Part shown: positions 23,785 to 35,480 of the stretch, piece after piece | How positions within the stretch are numbered: position 1 is the stretch's first letter | How the letters are laid out: every line of letters begins with the position of its first letter | From: Malacoraja senta | Lineage: Eukaryota | NCBI GenBank assembly: GCA_038087875.1 | Contig: CM075982.1 | Coordinates: 61,132,001 to 61,196,000 of the forward strand | DNA: 64,000 nucleotides | Direction of reading: 5' to 3' | Translations under genes and position numbers: made by a program | Notes under the pieces: model-generated | Seen by the model: the letters and a program-made list of their open reading frames with translations, nothing else | Told to the model about the DNA's origin: nothing | Database searches by the model: none

Positions 23785-25543
23785 CTGATGAAGGTCCTTC
23801 GCCTAGTACTCCATCTTCTGAGCCCTCTTCAGAGCCTTCCTCAGGCTTGTCAGTCCCTGGGCTGCGGTCTTCCACCCCTGTGATAGAGTCTATCGACTGA
23901 GTGCCAGGATCACTACCATCGACTGAACTTGGTGGATTCTCCACACTTTTCCTGCCTTTCCTGTGTACTCTGGAGTGCAGCACTAACTGATGGTAGGTTC
24001 TGAATATCTTACCACATACTGTGCAGTTGGTTGGTTTAAGTTTGTTCTGAGATAATTTTGGATCAACATCCACTTCTCCCAATGGAGGCAACCCATTCTG
24101 CCCTACACCGTTGTGCTTGATTTTAGCCTTGTCAAGATTCTCCAAGGTCGTACCTTGATTGGCTTTATCCATGGCCCATTGTTCACTGGAATCCTCTTTG
24201 TCCGATGGTTCCTCCTCATTCTCAGAGTTTGCTATTAGCCCTGGATCTTTCACATTCTCTCGGCCTACTGCCACTTTCCCTTTGGTGGCCAGCTGCCAAG
24301 CTTGGTAGGTGTTGAAGGGATCAAGCTCAGGTATCCATTTCCCCAGCTTTGCAGATTTGTTACTATTTTGCGACAGGAAAGGACTCAAATTCAGCATCTG
24401 TAGGAATCCATCCTGCGAAAGAGCGGGTTCTGGACTTATGGAGTGATCATCCATCTTCTCTGTCAAATCTTTGTTGTGAACTTTGCTGTGTTCCTTTAAG
24501 CTGTCTTTGTTCGGGAAAAGAAATCCACACACCATACACATTTTGTAGGGAGAAGCAACGTTTCCCAAAATTGGCTCCTGCATAGCAACATTATTGATCG
24601 TTGCAGGACCTTCTGGATCCTGCTGCGATTTTCCCTTGGCTTTACTCAAGTGTGTCCTCATGTGGTTTTTTAGAAACCAAGGCTCCTTAAAACGCCGGCC
24701 ACATACATTGCAGCCATAGGTAAAGGAATCCTTGTGTTTCCGATTGTGAGTTTCCAGACTCAAAGCACTCTCACAGGACAGGCCACAAACTTTGCAGCTC
24801 AGCTCACCATCGTCATTTTCATCCATTGCCTCCTGTTCTGGAGAACTTACAGCGACATGCCCCTCTTCGACGGGGCTCAAACCTTCCTCTACTCGAAGGA
24901 CTGCTGGCTCACAGAGTGTAGGCTTGTGCTGAATGACCACATGGTGATGGAGATCATCTGAGTGTTGAAAGCTTTTTTTGCAGAACATACACGGGAGAGG
25001 TGGGCACGCTTCAGCTTGGACTACCTTTCCTTCCAAGCTCTCAAGGGACAAAGTAACACCGTTTACCGGTTTAACATCAATCTCAGTCACACCTGTCTCA
25101 TTAGTCGCGATACCATCAGACACCGTATGTGCGATATCAAAATTTATGGGTGACAAGTTGGCCTTATTCCTTCCCGTTTTTTCTCCTTGTAAATGGTCTA
25201 GTTTGTGCTTTCGGAGGTGAATTTTCAAATGGGCTTTTTGAGAAGTTTTATGGTTGCAGAAGGGACAGTTAAATGGCTTTTTATTTGTGTGCATGGTCAT
25301 GTGTTGTGCCAAAAGACTGCTAAAAGGAAAGTATTGATCACAAATTGAACAGTGGTGTTCAATCGAATTTTTTGCATCCGAAAAATCAAGCGTTGAGTTT
25401 ACATTGTCGTCTTGGACACCAGATGTTTTCATTATCACGCTCTCTGTGGGCTTTACCACAAATTCATGGGGCTGGTCAGTAAACCAAGGCATAAGCTCTT
25501 CTTCAGATGTTCTTTCTTGGTCGTCTTGATATTGTATTCTCAT
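23785..25543 (-). CDS. ZNF217: ZNF217 first coding exon (seven C2H2 fingers)
   Basis: Part of ORF 23771..25561. First in-frame ATG at 25543, exon acceptor ttctgctttcag| at 25641/25640, donor TCATCAG|gtaggt at 23785/23784. Diagnostic blocks: PTLCEPAVLRVE, KDSFTYGCNVCGRRFKEPWFLKNHMRTH, CMVCGFLFPNK, LDPFNTYQAWQLATKGKVA, FRTYHQLVLHSRVH, EEGSEEGSEDG. The start codon is uncertain (alternative MPWF ATG 17 codons downstream). Confidence 0.95.
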
Positions 25544-26297
25544 CACATTGAGACAATGCAAAGCCTTAGAGCTTCGATTTCAAGCTTGAGCACCTGGCTT
25601 GTCCCTTTCCTTGCATTTAGTGATGTAGAAGTTCCAAATGCTGAAAGCAGAACACAGAGCATTCAAAAACGGAATCAAAATTGTTGCTCGTCCACAAACA
25701 TCTGGTTTAAAATTATGCTTTAGCACTTAAAAAAAAAACGTTGGAACTACTTTTCCAACCATAATCAAAACAGTAACACTTTCCACATACATAGAATTGC
25801 TTTCCACTGCGATATAAATGTCAGGAACAAAGATTAGAAAATCTGAATCAAGTTGCTCTTTATAGACCAGAGGACAGCTCATCACAGAACTCAGTAAACA
25901 TTAATTTCTGCAGTGGCTTCTACTGAAATGGAGACCTGTTTATTTGACTCTTTTTTTCCCTCTTTTGAGCTCACTGGATTTTGCAATCAAAATGATAAAG
26001 CACCAACTGTCCAAATGCAAGTTAAACCCAACTTCTCTTTAACAGCATCTTTAATGGTTTGCAATAGAAAAAAACACTTAAGTTATTGTCCAAGTTGTTT
26101 TGTACCCCAAAAGCTTCATTGCACGAATAATTTACCCAAAAGTCTCAGTAGACATGAAGCTGGTGATAAATATTAAATGTTCACTAATTCCCCCCCCCCC
26201 CCCATAAAAAGCCCTTATTTCAATTTCAGTAGAAATATTACTAAACACATCACAATAGGTTTTTACTAACTTCTAAACAAGCTGACTGGCACTTAAG

Positions 26298-26390
26298 GAC
26301 ACAAAATGCTGGAATAACTCAGCTGGTCAGGCAGCATCTCTGGAGAACATGGATATGCAACATTTCGGATTGGGACCCTTCTTCAGACAG
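26298..26390 (-). mobile_element. Penelope-like hammerhead element, single arm
   Basis: Minus strand GTCTGAAGAAGGGTCCCAATCCGAAATGTTGC...; flanks gactggcact / gactcgcact resemble a decayed TSD. Confidence 0.7.
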
Positions 26391-26469
26391 ACTCGCACTA
26401 AAAGTTGTGCATGTTTATTTTGGTCATTCCGTCAGCTTTTAATTATTCAATAAAACAAATGTTTCAACT

Positions 26470-27400
26470 TTGCTGACTAAGCAGCATCTGTGCAGAGAAA
26501 AATGTTTTCAGGTCAAATTCCCTCCTTTAGAACTGGAAGAATTTTGATAGGCAATTTATTAGTCAATTCAAAGAAAGAAATGAGTCAATTGGGAGAGGGC
26601 AGTTTGCACTGTGGGGAATGGAGAATGAAGTAAAGAAAGGACACGATTGAGTAGAATGGCAGAAGTATTAAAACCAATGCCCATGCTACAGGGCGGCACG
26701 GTGGGGCAGTTATACAGTTGCTGCCGTACAGCGCTTGCAGCACCAGAGACTACGATCCCGACTACGGGTGCTGTCTGTACGGAGTTTGTACGTTCTCCCC
26801 GTGACAGCGTGGGTTTTCTCAGAGATTTTCGGTTTCCTCCCACATTCTAAAGACGTACAGGTTTGTAGGTTAATTGGCCTGGTACAAGTGTAAATTGTCC
26901 CTAGTGTGTGTCGGATAGTGTTAATGTGCGGGGATCACTGGTCGGTGCAGACTCGGTGGGACGAAGGGCCTGTTTCCACGTTGTGTCTCTAAACTAAGCA
27001 CAACAATGATAATAGGAAAAAAGGTTGCGAGTAGCTAATGGAAGTAGTAGGCGTATTCTAAAATTGCTAACTAAATTTGAATTCAGAATAAATGTGGTGT
27101 AAATGAAAAGATAAGGTGGTTGCTGTTCCTCAAGTCAACAGTGCAAGAGATCTTGTGCTAAGTTCCACCCAAGTTAACTATTGCTTCACTTGGGAGGAGT
27201 GTTTGGGGCCTTGAACTGAGGAAGAGGAAGTGGCACAGCATCTCCAGCACTTGCAAGGCCAGTGCAATGGTTTGTGGGGGTAATCAAGAATGTTCCAAAT
27301 GATAATGAAAGGAAAAGGAGACAATGTGTTTTCTGGTGGAATGACGAAAGTACACGGGAAACAATTCATTGAATTTGGAGGGTGATGGAATTGCAGACTT
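26470..27400 (-). mobile_element. Decayed Penelope-like element body (GIY-YIG region relic plus terminal repeat), interrupted by a SINE
   Basis: ORF 27178..27369 ends PCKCWRC...SSVQGPKHSSQVKQ and is followed by a frameshifted LEEQ-HLIF. Both resemble motifs I recall flanking the GIY-YIG endonuclease of vertebrate Penelope elements. A family-like arm remnant (gcagcatctgtgcagag...tttcaggtc) lies at 26480-26515. Confidence 0.5.
26691..26997 (+). mobile_element. HE1/V-SINE-type SINE
   Basis: Head GGGCGGCACGGTGG, V-domain and tail gaagggcctgtttcc...ctctaaactaa. Confidence 0.9.
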
Positions 27401-28299
27401 GGGAAGTCATGGGGATGAGTGTCAATTCGTGAATGGACAATTCGTGAACCATCGAAACATACCCATTCATCTCACCTCATCAATGCCAACCATGATACCC
27501 AGCTACAATAATCACACGCCTGCATTAGGCCTAGATCCCTCTACACCCTTCCCATGCAAGTATAAACACCTTGTGTTTTATGCAGGGATAACGCTCCTGA
27601 AAAGCATGTAATTCAAAAACATACAAATCAAACATATTTACACAGTCATAATTATGAGCGTGTTCTTTTTATTTTTAATTAGCACGTAAATTTGTTTTTT
27701 GTACTAATTGAACAAGAGTGCTATTTCAAAAATGCACAAAATCAAACATACGTAAAATGTAAGGTGCCTGTATTGTTCAAAAACCTATAAAACATTTTAT
27801 CTGCAAGGTAGAGTCCAGCAATAACATGAGAAAGCAGAGCTTGATGCCCCAGAGGGACTATAATAACCATTCAACCTCCACAAGGCAACGGTTAAATTAC
27901 CAACAAGGACATCATCCCTGATTTTGTTGTAACACCTGCTGACAAGGGCAAATTCAAGGTCACAGTGCTGCAGTAGGAAGTAGGAAATGAAAATCAAGAT
28001 CATTGCCACATCCAGAGTTTACAGAGAAAAGTTTCTGTTATGGAGTCTAGAGTAGCAGATTTGGAAGAGAGAAAGGACCTTGTGTGGAAGGGTGGTGGTT
28101 ATGGTCTTAAAATAAAATGGCTAACTCGTGTTCAAAAATTAAAACTAGAAAATAAAACAAAACCCTACGTCTGCATTTCCAAATACTGCCACTTGGTGAC
28201 ACTGTAATTAAGTGCCCCAAGAAAAAAGGTAAGCTCTCTTACAATCTTCAGTGTTGATTCCTCCCATAATCTTAGTTCCAAACCAGTACAGTGAAATGG

Positions 28300-28513
28300 A
28301 TGGTAGATAAAAATGCTGGAGAAACTCAGCGGGTGAGGCAGCATCTATGGAGCGAAGGAAATAGGCAAAGTTTTGGGTCGAAACCCTCTGAAGAAGGGTT
28401 TTGACCCGAAACGTTGCCTATTTCCTTCGCTCCATAGATGCTGCCTCACCTGCTGAGTTTCTCCAGCATTTTTGTCTACCTTTGATTTTCCAGCATCTGC
28501 AGTTCCTTCTTAA
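28300..28513. mobile_element. Fold-back palindromic Penelope-like element with hammerhead core
   Basis: Inverted arms around CTGAAGAAGGGTTTTGACCCGAAACGTT. Perfect 12-bp TSD ACAGTGAAATGG (28288-28299 and 28514-28525). Confidence 0.8.
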
Positions 28514-31500
28514 ACAGTGAAATGGGTAATGATGCAGCTTTAAAAAAAAAGTTAGTCAAAGTCACTGCCCTCACAATAAAGTACAAAAGTAAAAGGAACC
28601 TATCAGTGCAAATATCCTTGGGAAGACTATTTAGGAATGGGGCAAGGCCACTAGGCCGTTGGAACGATTTCGAAGCAGTAGATAGGCTTCAGCCAACCAA
28701 TTGCATAGACCCCAGTGCACCCAGATAGCCACTGTCAAAGGCTTTTATAATTTCACCGATCAAAAGATATTAAAACTAATCAAATGAACTATTTAAAATA
28801 CTGGTGCATAATTAAACACTAAAAAGTGAAATGGGGAATAGGAAAGTACGGAGAACATACACACAGTTAGTGCTCCACTGTGGCCATCAAAAGGAGAGTC
28901 CAGCAGCAAAACAAGAGGTCAGGGGCACTGGGATCTAACCTCTGGGTCAGTTCAAGCTTCTCCATTGGGCTAAGCATGTACACAAGTCCAAGAGGTCTGA
29001 ACTACTCGCAGCTGCTGTGTCTTAGAGAACGGCTGTCATCAGTCACTTCGATTCAGCCCACTGAGTGTGGAAAGCAGAAGTGTCAACGTATGTGATACAG
29101 TAAAGTAGTCTCTTATTAAAAAAAATGATACAACCGTTTAATGTATATGGACCACATTGCATTATTTTCTAAATTTGTAATGGAAAGACAATTAACGTAC
29201 TGAAAACAAATTTATTCACAGTCAAAAAGCATTTCAGTTTACTCACGCAGACAGTGTTGGGCATAACTATTTGCTTGTTATTGTATGTGCTCAGTGATTG
29301 TGTGTAAAACAAAGCTTGTACAACCTGCATCCACTTCAGAAAATTAAATCCTGATGCGGCCTATGACAGCAGTATAAATCCTAAAGTTTTTTTTTTTTTT
29401 GCAACTCTGAACTCTCAACTTCCAACTTTGATGACATTGCCTTCAATAAAACAAATCCACCCATCTCATCACAGTACGCAACTTTTATCTTCACCACTGT
29501 CACTCAAGATTAAAGGGTATCTGTGTACTTAACTACCAAGTGGTTTAGTACATTCATACACCTCACATTTTAGCACATTGTTTGGCTACATTCAATATCT
29601 TACTGGGCATGTTTTCTACAAAAACCACGATCAATTGTGCAATCACACCGCAGAGGGATTATCTATCCTCAGATTCCTCTGCCAATTTATATTCAAAGTC
29701 CAACAAGTTGACAGATATTTGTTAGCATGAATACTCGCAGACCTTGGGTATCTGGAAATCCCTTATTCAAAAGAACCTACATCAGCAGGAACAATGTGTT
29801 AGTTTGAATGTACAATGCACTTTGTGTTGCTCAGCATGTGTGGGTCAGGAATTTTGTGACCAAACTATAACCACTTCTGATTATTACAGGAAGTCATAAA
29901 TAGAGACCAAATGGTTCTGCTGGTATAAAATTCAAAATGGGAGTTTAAACCAAAAAGAACAAGAACAAAGTGAGAATACTCAAATAAAAGTTTGAAACAT
30001 TTACAAACACAAAATTTTTACAATTTAAAAAAGTGTCAGTTAAAAACTTCAAGTTATGCTAATGCCACAATGATAATTTTAAGATAAAATATTTTAAAGT
30101 CTTCTTTCTAGATGTCAAATTGTCACACTTGGCCACTTAAAGCTTTACATAACAAATCTTTAACCCTAATTAGTTACTGAAATACTAGGTTCACGAAGTG
30201 GAGTACAGAAGACCCTGGGATTCCAATTCAAAACTTTAGGTTGAATAGTTTTCTTTCTCTCCTCAAATAATGCCATTCAGCCAAACAACCTATGCAGGCA
30301 TGTTGCTACAATAACATCCACATATACAATAGTCCTTTTAAAAAAAAACTTATTATTTGATTCTGAGAACAGAGAAAATCCTATGTGTTCTTTCAATTAG
30401 TCAGGCAACAACTTTCAGGGTCCACTAAGCTAAGAGTTACTTTATGTATTGCAATCTGAACCTTTGAGTGAACACGACAGGACAAAACAACTGTGGTGGT
30501 GAAATAACCAAGTAAATTGGACACATTTTTAAATCAGTGTACTGTTGTGCTGTGAAAATCTAACACAACTGTTGAGAGGGGAGAGAAAAAAAGAGAATAT
30601 GCAGCAGTATTTCTCGATTCATTTGTGCTGGTACTGTTGGAACCCAACTGCACACAAAGTGCTTTGTACAGCAGGTGGTCCTTACAGATCTGCCAAGTTT
30701 ACAACACAGCCCATTATTATTCTGTTGCAACATACTGGTCCTGTACTTAAAAGTTTCAAAATAAGTCACTGTTCCTGTCCTGGAGAGAGTATATCTTGTA
30801 TCTGGTAAAGCACATCCACCCATTTCCATCAACAGTAAACACGGGAATGATGTCCATACGTGAAGTAGACCCGCAATACAAAAGTATTCAATTAAGAAAC
30901 ACTGCAGAAATGAGCAAGATTTTCCGAAAACAAAAAACAGGGCCATTTTAATTGGAATAATAGCTCTTCCCAAAAATGGTGCAACACAAAAAGTGTATGT
31001 TAAAAATAACTACTCTTCTGCCATTTTATTGAAACAGCTCATTTTATTTTTTTCCATTGGCCTATTGATAGATATTTGGATTTTTGGTGTTTGATTCATG
31101 TAAATAAGCAGATCAAAGATTAAAAATACAACTCACCTTTTGAGAAACAGCTTTTGCAATAGTTAAAAGAAGTCTAAAAACCATGATCAGCTGTAGTATT
31201 TAAGCATTACCAGGCATATTGCAAAGCCAATGGATACAGAGTCTTCCCAATTCTTTTATCACCTGGATACATGTAGTATTGATGCTGTAATATTCCACAT
31301 AACCAGGCCAGATGTCGAGGTAAAACCATTGATATTAGGATCTTTCAAAATACTACTTTTGAGGTAAGCAAATCAGTACATCAAATCTTAAGGTGCAATA
31401 CTTTCATGTGAGTAGAAACTCCCTGGCACGCTGACAACATACATCAGACTATTGAAAGACCAAGCAAAGTGGTTTCTGTGCCAACTTGGATAAACAAAAC

Positions 31501-32351
31501 TAGCAAGCCTACACACAGGTTATCAGCCACTGTAAAAAATTCCACACATTGGACAAAATGGCAGCGGTAAAATCTTTAAAGTAAATTTATGTTGCTGAAC
31601 AACCAAAAAGAATTTGTGCAGAACTGCAAGGAATTTAAAAGTCACCTTTAACTGTGACATGTGTTAAATTGCACACTTTTAGCATCAGCAGGTCAACATT
31701 TTTTTTTAATCAATCCCAAGTAGAAGCAAACAAAAGCCTGAAATATATAGGTTCCACAGACCATGCATTTAGAAGGAAAATCTTCAGGAAATAATTTCTT
31801 GTTAAATACCTCCAGAATTAACTGTTGTCATTGTAATGGCAAAAGCAGTTTTATTCCCAAAGACTTAAGGGTATAAAATGAAATGGATATTTAAAGCTAG
31901 GATCACACATCAACCATGATCTCATTGAATGACAGAACTGGCTCGAGCGTTAACAGATTCCTCCTGTTCCTAATATTACTTTCACACATTTACATTGTTG
32001 GAGGAAGTAACATTGACCACACTTCCTGCGTCAACCTCAGAATCAATGTGCATAGTGATTATTGATGGGAAGCACTATGTTGTATTAACTGTTACTATAT
32101 CACTACCAGAAGTGTTAAACTAAGCTCAATATTCTGTCTCACATTAAAAAGTTAGAACAATAAATCTACTTAATTACTCAGATTGAAAGCCTATAGTGCA
32201 GTATTGTCCAATTAACTGGTCACAGAGCTAATTCCATTCCTGGATTATTCTCCACATCTGAGCCTTTGTTCATCATAATCTATAGTGCCTGCAATCTAAA
32301 ATTCAATCAAAAGTGAAAGACGATAAAGATTAAGAATAAATGATAGCAAAC

Positions 32352-32548
32352 AGAGTACAAAGTGTTAGAAGAACTCAGTGGGCCAGACAGCAAATAGGGA
32401 GGGAATGGATAGACAATGTTTTGAGCCCAAAGATAGGTTCAGGCCCAAAGCGTGCCTGTCCATTCAATCCCCAGATGCTGCCTGACTTGCAGAGTTCCTC
32501 CAGTATTTTGCATTTCCTCCCTATTCCAGCATCTGTAGACTCCTGTGT
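32352..32548. mobile_element. Old palindromic Penelope-like element
   Basis: acaaagtgttagaagaactcagtgggccagacagc...cagatgctgcctgacttgcagagttcctccagtattttg...ccagcatctgtag. Confidence 0.55.
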
Positions 32549-32727
32549 CACCAAAACACTACCTTCCATCACATCATACTCTCTTATGTTATAGGAGGTC
32601 GTCAGTTGGCCCAACGAGTCTTTGCCTGCTCTCTGAGTATTCCCAGAGTTCCATTCCGCAGCCTATAACCATTCACAAGCCCACTGACCCATGATACTTT
32701 TCTTACCATGAAAACGAGAGGTGATTT

Positions 32728-33146
32728 AACATAGAAACATAGAAAATAGGTGCAGGAGGAGGCCATTCGGCCCTTCGAGCCAGCACCGCCATTCATTGTG
32801 ATCATGGCTGATCGTCCCCTATCAATAACCCGTGCCTGCCTTCTCCCCATATCCCTCGACTCCACTAGCCCCTAGAGCTCCATCTAACTCTCTCTTAAAT
32901 CCATCCAGTGATTTGGCCTCCACTGCCCTCTGTGGCAGGGAATTCCATAAATTCACAACTCTCTGGGTGAAAACGTTTTTTCTCACCTCAGTCTTAAATG
33001 ACCTCCCCTTTATTCTAAGACTGTGGCCCCTGGTTCTGGCCTCGCCCAACATTGGGAACATTTTTCCTGCATCTAGCTTGTCCAGTCCTTTTATAATTTT
33101 ATATGTTTCTATAAGATTCCCCCTCATCCTTCTAAACTCCAGTGAA
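32728..33146 (-). mobile_element. CR1/HER1 LINE 3' fragment
   Basis: ORF 32822..33127 (RGNLIETYKIIKGLDKLDAGKMFPMLGEARTRGHSLRIKG...) and a (TTTCTATG)n tail. Confidence 0.92.
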
Positions 33147-33269
33147 TTTACAAATAACTAATTGGCCTACTAACTGGCAAACCATTGGAATATGGCAAGA
33201 AATCGGACCTTCCAGGGAAATCCTACACAGTTGCAGCAAGAACCCATAGAAAATGTAATAATTGTCAAT

Positions 33270-33535
33270 TGGGGCAGCACAGTGGTGCAGCAGTTGGAAG
33301 TTTGATCCTGACCTCGGGCACTATCAGAGTGGAGTTTGGACCTTCTCCCTGCGACCCGGTTTCCTCCCACATTGCAAAGGTGTGCTGGTTTGTCGGTTGA
33401 TTGGCCTCTAAATCACCCTGGTTGTGCAAGAATAGATGAGAAAGTGGGATATCGTTGAAGTAATGTGAATATATGATCAGTGAGGACTTGGTGGGATGAA
33501 GGACATGTTTCCATGCTGTTTCCCTCAACTAAACT
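33270..33535 (+). mobile_element. Degenerate HE1/V-SINE-type SINE
   Basis: ggggcagcacagtggtgcagcag head, gtggagtttg...ggtttcctcccaca, tail ...caactaaact. Confidence 0.7.
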
Positions 33536-34819
33536 TGCAAACTCCAAACAGACAACACGAGAGATCAGGATTAAACCCAAGGCTGCCGTAGCACTATATC
33601 ATGCATGATGTCACCCATTTGAATGTTCGTTTTTTCTTGCCCCCAAAAAATTGTTGCTTAAATGGTTGCCACTCATGCCCGTGATTTGTCAGTAATATCT
33701 ACTAGACATAATTCGAAATGTGATATTAATTCTGAAAATAAACACATTTTCATTACATGCAGGGCTCTCTAATCTGGCAGACGTCACATATAATTTGCCA
33801 GTTCTGATATCTGACAAGGCAGGCCAGCTTCACAAATTCTACACACTTATTCAAATGACATCAATATTCAACATCAAAATTGTTTGCTTGAAGACATTTT
33901 AGATTTGGTAGGGAGGATATTCCAACAAAATCCACAGAAACAGAATAATTGACAATGTCAATTGTTCAAATCAAAATTTCAGGAAACTAAAAATAAGCAA
34001 GCGAAAACTGTCGGAATTAAATCACTGAAACCTAAAAACCCATTCATTCAGCATAACATTTCCACACATTGCAACAGTGACTGACCTACCATTCTTTTGT
34101 TTAATCTACTCACGATATTATTCATTATTTGACCGTGGTGGAATGTCAAGGAAGAAAAACAGCTTTGCTACTGATACCAGACGTGCAACTAGTACAGACT
34201 ATTCTAACTCAAGGATGTTAATTGACAATATCCACAATAGATGCTTTCAATTCCAGTTTATGACTAATACCAGCTAGACAGTTTAGCTAAAGTGCTAATC
34301 ATTTTATCTAAATCAAGTTAGTTTAAACAGATTTCCATGATTGAGATTAGCATTCAAGAACAGCATTTGTGACAGCAATGACATAACAGTTAAAGGTGTC
34401 AACAGAAAAGCTGCAGATGCATAATGCTCGGAGCACAAATTTTGAATTGCCAAAACATACAAGACCTTGTCAATATGGCAGGGAGAAACTCGACGGTTAA
34501 CCTTCATTTCCTCTTCATATCAGTGCAAGACTGCAATACAGTAGCATACTGACCTTGAGGCATAAAAAAATGCAAATTTTTACATTTTTTGTTCTGTATG
34601 CTCTCTCATAAGATGAATAAAACTTGGATTTTGTTCCTCTTTCTACTGCGAGACATAATATTCAGGAATCTGGCTGCAGTTAAGGAGATTTATAATAATC
34701 TCTGGGGAGTTAGACATTTTTCATCCTACTTTACTGCTCAAATTCTGCTCTAACTCAATAATTCAGAGTGAAATTCTTTGTTTTTGCATACAATCCAGTA
34801 AAAGCATAATCAATAAATT

Positions 34820-35480
34820 TGTAGATCTCAAGTAATGAGATGAAGTACAGGAATAAGATAGTGTTTCATACTATGGTGTCAAAACCATAACTTCTCCCTC
34901 AACACCATCAAAACAAAGGAGCTGGTCAATGACCTCAGGAAGTGAAGAAGAGTACATGCGTCAGCCTTCATCAATGGAGCTCGTGAAGATAATCAATTAC
35001 TTCAAGTTTCTAGGCATAAATATCAACAACAATTTGTTCTGGTCCAACCAAATTGACATTACAGCTAAGAAAGCACACCAACACCTGTACTTCCTCAGCC
35101 AACTAAGAACATTTGGCAAGGATCCAATGAGTCTTACCAATTTCTAAAGAAGTACAATAGAAAGCATTCTATCTGGATGCATCAAAGCTTAGTGCAGCAT
35201 CTGCTCTGCCCAAAACTGTACAGCAATTGTATAGTTGTAAACATAGCCCAACAACATGCAAACCAGCCAATACATTCACACCCTGGTCATTCTTTTCTTC
35301 CCTCTGTAAAGCAAAATGTACAAAAACGTGAAAGCATGTAGAACCAGATACAAGAACAGCTTCTTTTCTGCTGTTATAAGACTTTTGAGCAAGGATGAAT
35401 TCCCAATCTACCTCATTGCTGTCTTCAACCCGTTTAATATTGGTTTCTCTCTGCAGCTGTATCACCAGGTTCTGCACTTG
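34820..35480 (+). mobile_element. Degenerate Rex-type LINE fragment
   Basis: ORF 34929..35147 (FKFLGINI...KKAHQHLYFL) and ORF 35316..35522 (TRYKNSFFSAVIRLL). Confidence 0.8.

Noticed and set aside
23785-25543. Identity as ZNF516, ZNF536 or ZNF219
   Set aside because: Despite the paralogue-like N-terminal pair, the PTLCEPAVLRVE, CMVCGFLFPNK, AAAQKTSL, RRTGCPPALLG and last-exon sequences match ZNF217.
31131-31200. Perfect minus-strand donor AAG|GTGAGT as an extra 5' UTR exon (similar site near 34550)
   Set aside because: No convincing upstream acceptor or promoter; such matches arise by chance in a long intron.
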